A DNA stretch of 64,000 nt, from the NCBI GenBank assembly GCA_016182045.1, contig JACOYE010000008.1, positions 64,502 to 128,501 on the forward strand, given 5' to 3'. The translations under genes were made by a program, and so were the position numbers. Shown piece by piece: positions 1 through 10,430 of the stretch. The first letter of the stretch is position 1, and each line of letters opens with the position of its first letter. Source of the stretch: Candidatus Microgenomates bacterium. Lineage in GTDB: Bacteria; Patescibacteriota; Microgenomatia; Daviesbacterales; UBA10151. Under the pieces are notes generated by a model. That model worked only from the letters and a program-made list of their open reading frames with translations, made no database searches and was not told the origin of the DNA.

Positions 1-110
1 GATCTAATGGTTATTCCTGGATTATTAAACACGGGCTTATCTACTCCATTTTTAAGGATATCTTTTAAAAGATCTAAATATTGGTATTCTTCATGTTTAG
101 GCCTACTCAT
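1..110 (-). CDS. thyA: thymidylate synthase, N-terminal part (runs off window)
   Basis: Manual translation MSRPKHEEYQYLDLLKDILKNGVDKP..., typical ThyA N-terminus; ATG overlaps the upstream stop (ATGA). Confidence 0.8.
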   Translation of the reverse strand, partial: MSRPKHEEYQYLDLLKDILKNGVDKPVFNNPGITIR

Positions 111-670
111 ACTTGCCTTTCTGCCTTTTTAGGTGAAACTCTCCCTTCCTGGTGTTGCCCTCTATATTTAACAGTTTTTCCCTCTATTTTATGAAAGATT
201 ATATTACAAATTCTTGCTCCCAGTTGTAGCTTGACAGGAAATGGGGATAAATTTGTCAGTCCCATTGTTAAAGCCCCTTTATAGCCCGGATCTGTCTTAG
301 AATTTAAAAGTAATAATCCTGATCTAAAAAGAGAGGTTCTGGTGTGGACTAAGGGCATCAAATCAGAAGGTGTATTTATTTCTTCCACAGTTTGGACTAA
401 ATAATATTCCCCCGGCTTGATTGCTATTTCCTGTATCTTTCCTTCCACAAATTCGGCCACCATTTTTGTTTCCACTCCCTTCCTATTCCCTAACACCTGT
501 CCACTGTCCACTTCTATAAAGGCTCCGCCTCTTATAATCTTATGCACTGATCCGAGTCTTAAATCTACTCCCACTCCTTCCGGATTTTCAAGCTCCCTTT
601 GACCTAAATTTCTAATTAAGCCATGCTTTTTTATTCTTTTGTGGACCTCATTAACTCCAAGTACACTCAT
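107..670 (-). CDS. dCTP deaminase/dUTPase family protein
   Basis: GVDLRLG, RTSLFRSG, DPGYKG, YRGQHQ motifs; start taken at MSVLG (670) rather than 700. Confidence 0.85.
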   Translation of the reverse strand: MSVLGVNEVHKRIKKHGLIRNLGQRELENPEGVGVDLRLGSVHKIIRGGAFIEVDSGQVLGNRKGVETKMVAEFVEGKIQEIAIKPGEYYLVQTVEEINTPSDLMPLVHTRTSLFRSGLLLLNSKTDPGYKGALTMGLTNLSPFPVKLQLGARICNIIFHKIEGKTVKYRGQHQEGRVSPKKAERQV

Positions 671-680
671 AATATTGCAA

Positions 681-826
681 GGGAGCGAAGTCACAATCAT
701 AAAAGCAATTTGAAACTTTTGTGTGCAGTCCTAATTCACAAAAGTTTCACATAATGAGACTAGAGAAAGAGTTCATGTTTCAGAATACTCTAGTCGAATG
801 GTGCTTTTTGATGTGACGAGCGACCC
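681..826. other. candidate structured element (three-way junction) between the two dcd-family genes
   Basis: Stems 711-723/737-749 (13 bp perfect), 758-765/788-795, outer 690-707/802-817. Confidence 0.6.
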
Positions 827-827
827 A

Positions 828-1487
828 TTATTTGTGACCATGACGAGCCGTAGCACCAGCCCGTTTTCCCATTAAATTTGAAACCTTAGGCATATCTGAT
901 CCGCCATACCTATTATTAGGACTCCTTTTGTAAGACCTCTCCACAGGAACTGCTAATTTTTCAAAAGAAAATGCACATATTGGGCTTCCCTCATAAATAA
1001 CCAGCTTCTTCCCCTTTAAGAAAGTCCCAAATTCCAAAACCGGATGTCCATCCCAACCAGGATCAAAACGGGCAGCAGTTGAGTGTACCACCACCCCCAG
1101 ACGCGCCAAAGATGATTTTCCGTGCAGATGGCCCACCACATCATTTGGCAGAGTTAATCTTTCTTTAGTTGTAGCTATTACAAAATCATGCTCAGTTAAT
1201 ATAAATGGCTGGCCAGGTTTTAATTCCACCAACCTCATCATTGATTCCATATCTTCTTTGGTGGCAAAACGAGTATCAATGGTATTTAAACCCTCATCGG
1301 TAAAAACCCGTAGCTTATTTCCCAAATGAAAATCAATTGTTACCTCATCAATCGCTTCTTCCCAATCTTTTGGAAGCGGGTCAATTTTAATAATCCCTTT
1401 TTTAATACACTCCTTAATAGCCCAATCAGGCAGGGTTCCCAAGATTTGATTGGCAGATAAATTCTTAGAAGCTTTGCTGGGTGGCAT
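828..1487 (-). CDS. dcd: dCTP deaminase
   Basis: IDFHLG, GKSSLARLG, HSTAARFDPGWDG motifs. Confidence 0.9.
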   Translation of the reverse strand: MPPSKASKNLSANQILGTLPDWAIKECIKKGIIKIDPLPKDWEEAIDEVTIDFHLGNKLRVFTDEGLNTIDTRFATKEDMESMMRLVELKPGQPFILTEHDFVIATTKERLTLPNDVVGHLHGKSSLARLGVVVHSTAARFDPGWDGHPVLEFGTFLKGKKLVIYEGSPICAFSFEKLAVPVERSYKRSPNNRYGGSDMPKVSNLMGKRAGATARHGHK

Positions 1488-1502
1488 ATCGGCTAGTTTA
1501 TA

Positions 1503-2750
1503 TTAAAGTCCGGAAAAATCCAAGGTGGCAAAATAGTCATCTACGGTTTCTGCCCTTCTGATTTGCCCTAAAGAACCATCTGCTTTCAATAACAGTTCTG
1601 CTGATCTGAGTTTTCCATTGTAGTTGAACCCCATGGCATAACCGTGGGCACCTGTATCATGTATCACAATAATATCCCCTATCTCTATTTTGGGTAGCTT
1701 TCTGTCTATGGCAAACTTATCATTATTCTCACATAAAGACCCCACCACATCATAAATATGATTTTGAGGATAATTTTCTTTCCCCAAAACAGTTTGATAA
1801 TGGTATGCTCCGTATAAAGCCGGACGCATCAAATTTGCCATGCAAGCATCCACCCCCACATAATCTTTATAAATATGTTTCTGGTGAAGGACTGTGGTTA
1901 CCAAATAGCCATATGGCCCAGTCACCATTCTTCCGCATTCAAAAACTATCCCCAAAGGATCCAAAGCATTTTTAACAATCATCTCTTCATAGAGTTTTTT
2001 AATCTTCTGGGAAACGTAACTTAAGTTCATAGGCTCTTGTTCTAGTTTATAGGGAATTCCTATTCCTCCCCCCAAATTAACAAATTCTAACTTTATTTCA
2101 ACTTCTTGGGAAATTTCTATGACCAGTTCAAATAACATTTTGGCTGTTTCAATTATTTGTTCTGGATTAAGTTCGTTTGAGACCACCATAGTATGTAATC
2201 CAAATCTTTTTGCACCTTTCTCTTTTAGGATTTTATATGCCTTAAATAATTGTTCTTTAGTCATACCATACTTAGCTTCGGCTGGATTACCAATAAACCT
2301 ATTCCCCTCTCTAGTTGGTCCTGGATTATATCTACAACATATCAACTTAGGTAATCCTGTAGCACTTTCCAAAAACTCAATATGAGAAATATCATCCAAA
2401 TTAATAATGGCTCCAAGTTTCTTGGCATACTGGTACTCTTTTGCCGGAGTCTCGTTAGAAGTAAACATAATTTCCTCCCCTTTAAGTCCTACTTTCTCTG
2501 CCAAAATTAGCTCCGGCAAAGAGCTACAATCAGTCCCCATACTCTCTTTCTTTAAAATCTTTAAAATATGGGGGTTTGGATTGGCTTTAACAGCAAAATA
2601 ATTTTTAAACCCGTCTATCCAGGAGAAGGCTTGGTAGAATTTTCTGGCATTTTCCCGAATTGCCTTTTCATCATAAATATGAAAAGGAGTAGGATAAATT
2701 TTAATAATTTCTTCTATCTGTTTCTTGGTAAACGGCAGACTCTTTTTCAT
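1503..2750 (-). CDS. lysA: diaminopimelate decarboxylase
   Basis: YFAVKANPN PLP lysine, NLGGGIG, ECGR, GSLCENND. Confidence 0.95.
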   Translation of the reverse strand: MKKSLPFTKKQIEEIIKIYPTPFHIYDEKAIRENARKFYQAFSWIDGFKNYFAVKANPNPHILKILKKESMGTDCSSLPELILAEKVGLKGEEIMFTSNETPAKEYQYAKKLGAIINLDDISHIEFLESATGLPKLICCRYNPGPTREGNRFIGNPAEAKYGMTKEQLFKAYKILKEKGAKRFGLHTMVVSNELNPEQIIETAKMLFELVIEISQEVEIKLEFVNLGGGIGIPYKLEQEPMNLSYVSQKIKKLYEEMIVKNALDPLGIVFECGRMVTGPYGYLVTTVLHQKHIYKDYVGVDACMANLMRPALYGAYHYQTVLGKENYPQNHIYDVVGSLCENNDKFAIDRKLPKIEIGDIIVIHDTGAHGYAMGFNYNGKLRSAELLLKADGSLGQIRRAETVDDYFATLDFSGL

Positions 2751-3943
2751 GGTTTTAAATTTTTCTTTATGCTGTTTAGTGCCTTCTTAATATTTTCTCT
2801 GTGTCCAAAAGCGCTAAGTCTTAAATACCCCTCACCATTTTGACCAAATCCAGAACCGGGAGTTCCCACCACATGGGCTTGGTGCAAAAGCTTATCAAAA
2901 AAGCCCCAGGAGGTGAAACCATGTGGAATTTTGAGCCAAAGATAGGGAGCATTTTCTCCTCCAAAAACCTCAAATCCCATCTTGATCAAAGAAGTCCTAA
3001 TGATCCTTGCATTTCCCATATAATAATCAATTACTTTTTGGCATTCTCTTTGTCCATTTTTAGATAAAACTGTCAGTCCCCCTTCTTGAGCAATATTGGA
3101 AGCACCATTAAACATGGTGGTTTGTCTTCTATTCCACAAAGCATTGACTTCACCCTTCTTTGTACCATCTAAAACTAAATCCGTTGGCACCACTGTCCAA
3201 CCTAATCTTACTCCGGTAAATCCCGCCCACTTGGAAAAGCTATTAATCTCAATGGCGCAACTTTGACTACCAGCAATCTGATAAATACTTTTTGGCAAAC
3301 TTTTATCATAAATATATTCACAATACGCAGCATCAAAAATAATCACCGCCTTAAATTTGTTGGCATAATCTACAAAAGCTTTAAGTTGGGCCCTCCTCAT
3401 TACAGCTCCGGTGGGATTATTAGGACTGCAAAGATAAACTAGATCTACTTTTGTCTTGGGAGGAGAAGGAATAAAACCATTGCCTTGGGTACAGGGCATA
3501 TAGACAATCTTTTTTTTGTCTGCCAGGATATTGCTATCCACATAAACAGGATAAACCGGATCTGCCACAGCTACCACACTATCAGCAGCAAAAATAGATT
3601 GGATGTTGGCTGAATCCGGTTTTGCTCCATCACTGATAAAAATTTCCAATGGTTCAATATCCACTGCTAACTTTTTATACCGATCAGAAAGAGCCTCTCG
3701 AAGTCTCATATCGCCCTGTTCATCGCCATATCCTGTGTAAGTTTTAACATCAGCCAATTTTTTTACTCCATGTAACAAACCTTTGATAATGGTCGGGGGA
3801 AGAGGTTGAGTAGTATTACCAATCCCCAGTCTTAAAATTTCCACTCCCGGATTTTCTTCACTAAATACCTTGGTCCTCTTGGCTATTTCGGAAAACAGGT
3901 AATTTCCTGCCAATTTTTTAAAATTTTTATTTATAGTTGCCAC
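2747..3943 (-). CDS. dapL: LL-diaminopimelate aminotransferase
   Basis: NYLFSEIA, LGIGNTT, CSPNNPTG, SFSKWAGFTGVRLG, FNGASNIAQ. Confidence 0.95.
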   Translation of the reverse strand: MATINKNFKKLAGNYLFSEIAKRTKVFSEENPGVEILRLGIGNTTQPLPPTIIKGLLHGVKKLADVKTYTGYGDEQGDMRLREALSDRYKKLAVDIEPLEIFISDGAKPDSANIQSIFAADSVVAVADPVYPVYVDSNILADKKKIVYMPCTQGNGFIPSPPKTKVDLVYLCSPNNPTGAVMRRAQLKAFVDYANKFKAVIIFDAAYCEYIYDKSLPKSIYQIAGSQSCAIEINSFSKWAGFTGVRLGWTVVPTDLVLDGTKKGEVNALWNRRQTTMFNGASNIAQEGGLTVLSKNGQRECQKVIDYYMGNARIIRTSLIKMGFEVFGGENAPYLWLKIPHGFTSWGFFDKLLHQAHVVGTPGSGFGQNGEGYLRLSAFGHRENIKKALNSIKKNLKP

Positions 3944-5010
3944 TAGACATATCCTTTTGCTTTCAAAAGTTCTGCTGTTAAAATTGCTCCACCTGCAGCC
4001 CCTCTAATGGTATTGTGTGAAAGCCCGACAAACTTAAATCCTTCCTCACTCTGCCTTAATCTGCCTGCAGCAATCCCCATACCATTACCTAAATTCCTAT
4101 CAAGCCTTGTTTGTGGTCTATCGTCTTCCTCAAAGTAGGTAATAAACGGGTTTGGAGCAGATGGCAAATTCAATTCATTTAAAGGATTGAACTTTTTCCA
4201 TTCTCTGATAATTTGTTTTTTGCTAATTTTTTTCTTAAAAGACACCGAAACTGATGCCATATGCCCATCCTCAAGCGGCACTCTGATACAAGTAGCGCTA
4301 ATACTTGGCCCGGCCAGTTCAACCTTGCCATCTACCAGTTTCCCCCAAATTTTTAAAGGTTCTTTCTCGCTTTTTTCTTCTTCACCACCAATAAAGGGAA
4401 TAATATTTTCTTCCATCTGGGGCCAACCTTTTAATGTTTTCCCGGCTCCTGATACTGCCTGTAAAGTAGTGACCACCACCTTTTTAATACCATACTTTAA
4501 TAAAGGACTCAGTATTGGTACATATGATTGGATAGAACAATTTGGTTTGACTACTATTAGTCCTTTTTCCCAACCACGGTTTTTCTTCTGTTTTAAGATT
4601 AACTTCAAGTGTTTCGGGTTTATCTCCGGCATAATCATCGGTACATCTTCAGTCCAGCGGTGGGCTGAGTTATTGGAAACCACCACCACATCCAAATCAG
4701 CAAACCTTTCCTCAATACTTCTGATTCTCTCTTTGTCCATATCCAAAGCTGAAAATACCAATCTTGTCTGGTTGGCAATTTTATGCAAATCTTTTTCCAC
4801 CGCTAATACCACCATTTTTTCCGCAGAATCAGGAATAGTCTCACTCATCACCCATCTATTTCTTACCGCATCCCCATATTGTTTACCTGCCGATTGGGGT
4901 GAAGCTGCCACTACCACTACTTCAAACCAGGGATGATAATTTAGCAGGGTGATGAATCTTTGACCAACCATTCCGGTGGCGCCTAATATGCCGACTGGTA
5001 TTTTTTTCAT
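3943..5010 (-). CDS. asd: aspartate-semialdehyde dehydrogenase
   Basis: GATGMVGQRF, KPNCS, QAVSGAG, HNTIRGAAGG. Confidence 0.95.
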   Translation of the reverse strand: MKKIPVGILGATGMVGQRFITLLNYHPWFEVVVVAASPQSAGKQYGDAVRNRWVMSETIPDSAEKMVVLAVEKDLHKIANQTRLVFSALDMDKERIRSIEERFADLDVVVVSNNSAHRWTEDVPMIMPEINPKHLKLILKQKKNRGWEKGLIVVKPNCSIQSYVPILSPLLKYGIKKVVVTTLQAVSGAGKTLKGWPQMEENIIPFIGGEEEKSEKEPLKIWGKLVDGKVELAGPSISATCIRVPLEDGHMASVSVSFKKKISKKQIIREWKKFNPLNELNLPSAPNPFITYFEEDDRPQTRLDRNLGNGMGIAAGRLRQSEEGFKFVGLSHNTIRGAAGGAILTAELLKAKGYV

Positions 5011-5894
5011 ATCAGCTGGTGGGATTTTAGAACTGCTTTTAAACTATCCTTATTTTTCTCTTCCATACCTACTAAAGGCAATCTGAAAACTTCCTTGATT
5101 TTTCCCATTAAAGCCAATGCGGTTTTAACCGGGATGGGATTTGATTCAATAAAGTTGATATTCATCAAATCCAACCATTGATAATGCAATTTTTTGGCTT
5201 TCACAAAATCTCCGTTCAGCACAGCTGCCGTCAAATCAGACATGGCCTTTGGAACTTCGTTTGAAGCAACAGAAATAACTCCCACCCCTCCAACTGCCAT
5301 CAAAGGCAAGGTAAAAGCATCATCCCCTGACAAAACTGAAAAAGATGAAGATACACCTTTAATAATCTCCATCATCTGGGTAATATTACCTGAGGCCTCT
5401 TTCACCCCCACCACTTGTGGTACCTCGTTAGAAATTTTAATGGTGGTGGCAGCTAACACATTAGAACCGGTCCTGCCCGGCACATTATATAAAATGATTG
5501 GCAAATCCGTAGCCTTGGCTATAACTTTAAAGTGAGCCAAAAGGCCTAAAGGGGTAGGTTTATTATAGTATGGAGTAACATGCAAAAGGGCATCTGCCCC
5601 AGCTTGCTTGGCAATTTGGGAATAACCAATGGCCTTTTGCGTATCATTACTGCCAGCTCCGGCAATAACCGGCACTCTACCGTTTACTTCTTTGACCACT
5701 GTTTCCACCACCAATCTGTATTCATCCTGATCCAAAGTGACCGCTTCCCCGGTTGTCCCACAAGGCACTATCCCATCAATATGGCCCTTAATTTGCAACC
5801 GCACCAAATCCCTTAAGCTTTCCACATCAACTTTGCCATCTTCAAGAAATGGTGTCACCAGTGCTGTAATTGCTCCCTTAAATTTTTTACTCAA
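5007..5894 (-). CDS. dapA: 4-hydroxy-tetrahydrodipicolinate synthase
   Basis: GTTGE, PYYNKP, YNVPGRT, KEASG. Confidence 0.95.
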   Translation of the reverse strand: MSKKFKGAITALVTPFLEDGKVDVESLRDLVRLQIKGHIDGIVPCGTTGEAVTLDQDEYRLVVETVVKEVNGRVPVIAGAGSNDTQKAIGYSQIAKQAGADALLHVTPYYNKPTPLGLLAHFKVIAKATDLPIILYNVPGRTGSNVLAATTIKISNEVPQVVGVKEASGNITQMMEIIKGVSSSFSVLSGDDAFTLPLMAVGGVGVISVASNEVPKAMSDLTAAVLNGDFVKAKKLHYQWLDLMNINFIESNPIPVKTALALMGKIKEVFRLPLVGMEEKNKDSLKAVLKSHQLI

Positions 5895-5897
5895 ATC

Positions 5898-6635
5898 TTA
5901 TTCACCCCCCTTAGTAAATACTTCATCAAAATTATAAAAACCTTTTTTGTCTTTGATGAACTCGGCTGCCAGAATCGCCCCTTGAGCAAAACCTCCTCTT
6001 CCGTGAGCTTGATGAGACAAGGTTATGGAATCAGCTGGACTGTCAAAAACTACTTGGTGGAAACCCGGATTTCTGCCTCCCCTGATTGAGGCAAAATGCA
6101 ACTCATCTTTCTCTATTTGCCTGTTGAGCTTTTCCGTTTGCAATCTCTCTTTGGCAGGGAAGGTGCCTAAAATCTCCTTGGCCAATCTTAAGGCTGTTCC
6201 TGAAGGGCTGTCTTTTTTGCCGGTGTGATGAACCTCAAAACCGTATACATCATAGCCGCCAAATTTGGCAAATAATTTAGAAGCGAAAGCTATTATCTTA
6301 AAAAATATATTGGCCCCAACTGAAAAATTCTGGGCATAAATTAAGCCAATTTTTTTAGCCTTGACTATTTTTTTAACCTGATCTATTTGATCATACCAAC
6401 CGGTTGTCCCAACCACCATATTTTTCCCCAAAGAGGCTACCTTTTTGATATTTTCCAAAACAACCTGAGGGTGGGTAAAATCTATCACCACATCAGCGCT
6501 TTTTATCCCCACCTCATCCCATTGGCCATTTGTTTGTTTAAGGCTTATGGAAACCACCTGATGTTTCCCATCATCACGAGTTAAACGTTCTACTTCTTTT
6601 CCCATGTTTCCGAAACCAATTAAAGCAATCTTCAT
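5898..6635 (-). CDS. dapB: 4-hydroxy-tetrahydrodipicolinate reductase
   Basis: GTTG, EVHHTGKKDSPSGTA. Confidence 0.95.
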   Translation of the reverse strand: MKIALIGFGNMGKEVERLTRDDGKHQVVSISLKQTNGQWDEVGIKSADVVIDFTHPQVVLENIKKVASLGKNMVVGTTGWYDQIDQVKKIVKAKKIGLIYAQNFSVGANIFFKIIAFASKLFAKFGGYDVYGFEVHHTGKKDSPSGTALRLAKEILGTFPAKERLQTEKLNRQIEKDELHFASIRGGRNPGFHQVVFDSPADSITLSHQAHGRGGFAQGAILAAEFIKDKKGFYNFDEVFTKGGE

Positions 6636-7982
6636 TTATTTTGAGGCAATTGTACCACTTTGTAGCAAATTTTGATGTAAATATTTGACAGCTTTCTTAA
6701 CTTGATCTGATTTTATAACAATGCTGATATTAATATTGGTGGCCCCCAAAGAAACCATTTTCGGCACGATTCGCCGGCTGGCTAAAATATCAAAAATATT
6801 TTTAATATTGCCTGAAGAATCTGTAATTTCTTCACCAATTAAAGAAACCATCCCGAAGTTTTCACCAACAGAAACATTGGCAAATTCAGAAAGTTGTTGC
6901 ACTGCTTTCTCCAAATTATTTCTGTTATCTAAAGTCACCGATACACTGACCTCGGATACTGAAACTAAATCTACAGAGATATTATATTTGGAAAAGGTTT
7001 GAAAAATTCTTGCCAAAAAACCTTTTTGCAAAAGCATCTCGGTAGAATAAATATTCACCAGGGTAATTTTTTTCTTAAAAGATATGGCTTTAATCTGTCT
7101 GCTAATTTTGTGGTTTGTGGTAATTAAAGTGCCTGACCGGTTGGGGTTGAAGGTGTTTAAAATTCTGACAGGAATGGCTGCTTTTATAGCAGGCGCTATA
7201 CATCTGGGATGTAAAATTTTTGCACCAAATGCTGCAAGCTCTGCTGCCTCTTTAAAAGATACCACCTGCAATGGTCTGGCATTTTTGACAATCCTGGGAT
7301 CGACAGTAAATATCCCGTCAACATCGGTCCAGATTTGAATTTCATCTACAGCCAGGCAAAAGCCAATAATTGCTGCTGAATAATCCGATCCACCTCTTCC
7401 CAAAGTGGTAACCTGGCCTTTTTTGGTGGTACCGATAAACCCCGTCACAACGGGCACTATGCCTTTTTTGACCAGGGGCATTAATATCTTTTTTATTTTT
7501 TTTCTGGTCGGCTCCAAAATAAACTCGGCAGAGCCAAAATTATCGTTTGTAACAATTAAATCTGTGGCAATTACTTGGGAAACATTTATTCCGTGGCTTT
7601 CTAGGGCATTTGCCAAAATAGCGGAGGACATAATTTCTCCAAATGATAATAATTTGTCCAATTTCTTTTTGTCCTCTGTTAAATCAAGTTTTGAAATCTC
7701 GGCAATTTTTTCATCAATAAATTCCTCCATAGTCTTTTGTCTGTTTTTATCTTTAAAAACCCTCTTTATTAGATTTTTATGTATCTCTCGTAATCTTTTC
7801 AACTCCGCCACTAATTTGGATTTAGAAAGTGAAGGTAGGGATAAAAGAAGATCTGTCACCCCGCTTAATGCCGAAACCACCAAAATGGGGTCCTTTTCTT
7901 TTTGATCTTTTACAATTTGACAAATTGTTAAGATCCTTTTCTTTGAGCTAACAGATGTGCCGCCAAATTTGGCAACTATCAT
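6636..7982 (-). CDS. lysC: aspartokinase
   Basis: KFGGTSV, TLGRGGSDYSA, C-terminal ACT domains. Confidence 0.95.
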   Translation of the reverse strand: MIVAKFGGTSVSSKKRILTICQIVKDQKEKDPILVVSALSGVTDLLLSLPSLSKSKLVAELKRLREIHKNLIKRVFKDKNRQKTMEEFIDEKIAEISKLDLTEDKKKLDKLLSFGEIMSSAILANALESHGINVSQVIATDLIVTNDNFGSAEFILEPTRKKIKKILMPLVKKGIVPVVTGFIGTTKKGQVTTLGRGGSDYSAAIIGFCLAVDEIQIWTDVDGIFTVDPRIVKNARPLQVVSFKEAAELAAFGAKILHPRCIAPAIKAAIPVRILNTFNPNRSGTLITTNHKISRQIKAISFKKKITLVNIYSTEMLLQKGFLARIFQTFSKYNISVDLVSVSEVSVSVTLDNRNNLEKAVQQLSEFANVSVGENFGMVSLIGEEITDSSGNIKNIFDILASRRIVPKMVSLGATNINISIVIKSDQVKKAVKYLHQNLLQSGTIASK

Positions 7983-7992
7983 ATGAAGCAGA

Positions 7993-8652
7993 TTATACCA
8001 AAGTTATAGGATATAAGCGATTTATTATTTCATTATGAATATCTTGAGGGGTTCTCATTCCTCCATTCCTCATACAATCTATCACCTGCCAATTTTCTTC
8101 TATTTCAGAAAGCTCAAAATAAATTTTGGCTGCTTTTTGTTCATGTTCCAAGCTTTTTTCGTGAATATCCACTTTATGATCTTTTAAAGCATTTTCTTGG
8201 CCCACTTTTGGATCCACTTTTAAAAGAATAGTCAAATCCGGTTTTGGCATACCATTAGTCTGATATTCCAGCTGATCTATCCATTCCATAAACTTCTCCC
8301 TTTTCTCCTCATTCATATTTGCTCCCAAGTGGGCTTTGGATGAGGCAATATATCTGTTGGCTATCACTAACTTACCTTCCTTTAGCCAACCAAAAATTGA
8401 ATCCCTAATAGTTTTTCTGTCAGAAGCATAAAGTTTTGCCATCTCGTATGGATCAATATCACTAATTTCTCCAAACTTTCCGGAAAGATAATCAGCAATC
8501 CTATCAGCATATTCATTTTTTCCATATTGAGGAAAACTGATTACCTCAAAGGGAATATTTTTTGAAAACAAATATTTCTTCAAAAGCTCAATTTGGGTAG
8601 TTTTCCCGGATCCATCAATTCCATCTATGACAAGTAATTCTCCTTTGCTCAT
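7993..8652 (-). CDS. tmk: thymidylate kinase
   Basis: GIDGSGKTTQ P-loop, SFPQY, NRY. Confidence 0.9.
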   Translation of the reverse strand: MSKGELLVIDGIDGSGKTTQIELLKKYLFSKNIPFEVISFPQYGKNEYADRIADYLSGKFGEISDIDPYEMAKLYASDRKTIRDSIFGWLKEGKLVIANRYIASSKAHLGANMNEEKREKFMEWIDQLEYQTNGMPKPDLTILLKVDPKVGQENALKDHKVDIHEKSLEHEQKAAKIYFELSEIEENWQVIDCMRNGGMRTPQDIHNEIINRLYPITLV

Positions 8653-10340
8653 TATTTAATTTTGCTTATCGCTTCCAGAAATGCAAGAAATAATGGATGG
8701 GGTTTTAGGGGTCTGGATTTATATTCCGGATGACCTTGTGTTCCCAGATAAAATGGATGTGCCTTTTGGGGAAGTTCAATAATTTCTGCCAGATTTTCTG
8801 CAACAGATCTGGCTGCAATAATCATTCCTCCCTTTTCAAAGTCTTGCGAAAAGTTGTTGTTAAACTCATATCTGTGTCTGTGTCTTTCAGAAGTCAACCC
8901 TTCAGCATTTTTTAGCTGCCCATACTTTTTATAAATCTCATATGCCTTTGTTCCCTTCGCAACCTGCGCATCCCAGGAACCTAACCTCATGGTTCCCCCA
9001 TAGGCCCTTTTGGCCATAAACTTTTTCTGTTTTGGCATTAAGGTTATTACCGGATGTTTAGTTTTCTTATCATTTTCCGTGGTATTGGCATCTCTCCACC
9101 CTATTACATCCCTGGCAAATCCAATAACTGCAAGCTGCATTCCATAACAAAGACCCAAATAGGGAATCTTTCTGTCTCTGGCGAAAGAAGCAGCAGCTAT
9201 CATCCCCTCCGCTCCTCGCTCACCCCAGCCTATTGGTACAATCAAACCGTCTGGGTTCCCAATAACTTCTTTTACACCTTCGATTCCTTCTTTCTTGTCC
9301 GCCATAGCTTTAGCGACGGCGGATTCTACCTTCTCCGCATCTACCCATTTTGTTTTAACGCCTATACCAATTTCCCAGCTGGCATGATCGATGGCATCAA
9401 AAAGGGCGGCATAAGAATCCCTAAGCTGATAATCTCCTGTGCCAAAATATTTACCAACTATGGCAATTTCTACTTCCTTTTCTTTTTTGGCCTTTATTTT
9501 CTCAACCAATTTTTCCCAAGGCTCTACATTGGGTTTTCTTACCTTTAACCCCAGTTTTTGAAGAATTCTTTGTTCAAGATTCTGCTTGTGCAAAACAAGA
9601 GGTATTTCATATACAGTTGGGAGGTCGGGATTGGAAATAATATCCTCTGGCATCATATTGCAAAAAAGGGCAAATCTTTCTCTTCTTCTTTGATCCAGAT
9701 ATTTTTCCGATCTGGCAATCACAAAATCTGGCTGAATTCCCAAAGAATTTAAGGTTCTAACAGAAAGTTGAGTTGGTTTGGTTTTAGGTTCTCCAAGGTG
9801 CGGAGGAGTTGGTACATAAGAAACATGGATGTGTAAAACATCACCCCTCTTTTGTAAAGTCATGATTCTGGATGCTTCGTAATAGAGAACGTTTTGATAT
9901 TCCCCTGCTGTTCCACCCAGCTCAATAATGACTATATCAGCTGATCTTTTTCTGCCCACATTATTAATGCGATCAATAATCTCGTTAGTGATATAGGGAA
10001 TTGCCTCAACATCTTCACCGTCATATTCAAACCTTCTTTCCCGATCTATTACCTCTCTGTATATTTGCCCCATGGTAACGAAGTTGTCTTTGCCCATATC
10101 TTCATCCAAAAATTTCTCATAAGATCCGATATCCATATCAGCCTCTGTCCCATCCTCGCAAAGAAAGGGGTCGCCATGTTCTATTGGATTAATTGTACCT
10201 GCATCTAAATTTAGATAATTTTCAAACTTGATAGGAGCAATTTTATATCCTGCGGATTTTAAAAGGAAAGCAATAGAGGCAGCTGTTGTACCTTTACCAA
10301 TACCCGAAATAACACCACCACTTACAAAAATGTATTTCAT
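8652..10340 (-). CDS. pyrG: CTP synthase
   Basis: GGVISGIGKG, KTKPTQ, GLCYGMQ, RHRHRYE, HPE. Confidence 0.97.
   Translation of the reverse strand: MKYIFVSGGVISGIGKGTTAASIAFLLKSAGYKIAPIKFENYLNLDAGTINPIEHGDPFLCEDGTEADMDIGSYEKFLDEDMGKDNFVTMGQIYREVIDRERRFEYDGEDVEAIPYITNEIIDRINNVGRKRSADIVIIELGGTAGEYQNVLYYEASRIMTLQKRGDVLHIHVSYVPTPPHLGEPKTKPTQLSVRTLNSLGIQPDFVIARSEKYLDQRRRERFALFCNMMPEDIISNPDLPTVYEIPLVLHKQNLEQRILQKLGLKVRKPNVEPWEKLVEKIKAKKEKEVEIAIVGKYFGTGDYQLRDSYAALFDAIDHASWEIGIGVKTKWVDAEKVESAVAKAMADKKEGIEGVKEVIGNPDGLIVPIGWGERGAEGMIAAASFARDRKIPYLGLCYGMQLAVIGFARDVIGWRDANTTENDKKTKHPVITLMPKQKKFMAKRAYGGTMRLGSWDAQVAKGTKAYEIYKKYGQLKNAEGLTSERHRHRYEFNNNFSQDFEKGGMIIAARSVAENLAEIIELPQKAHPFYLGTQGHPEYKSRPLKPHPLFLAFLEAISKIK
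9298..9323. repeat. short palindromic element in frame in pyrG (SAVAKAMAD)
   Basis: TCCGCC-atagctttagcgac-GGCGGA. Confidence 0.7.
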
Positions 10341-10430
10341 CTTGTTCGAAAATTGAGCAGAGGGGGATTTTCAGAGGCCCTTATTATAATAACAAATTTG
10401 ATTACAAGATTTCAAGTGGCAATTAAGTTA

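Noticed and set aside
4187-4936. 249-aa plus-strand ORF and many similar shadow ORFs
   Set aside because: Antisense to well-supported genes (asd etc.), no motifs.
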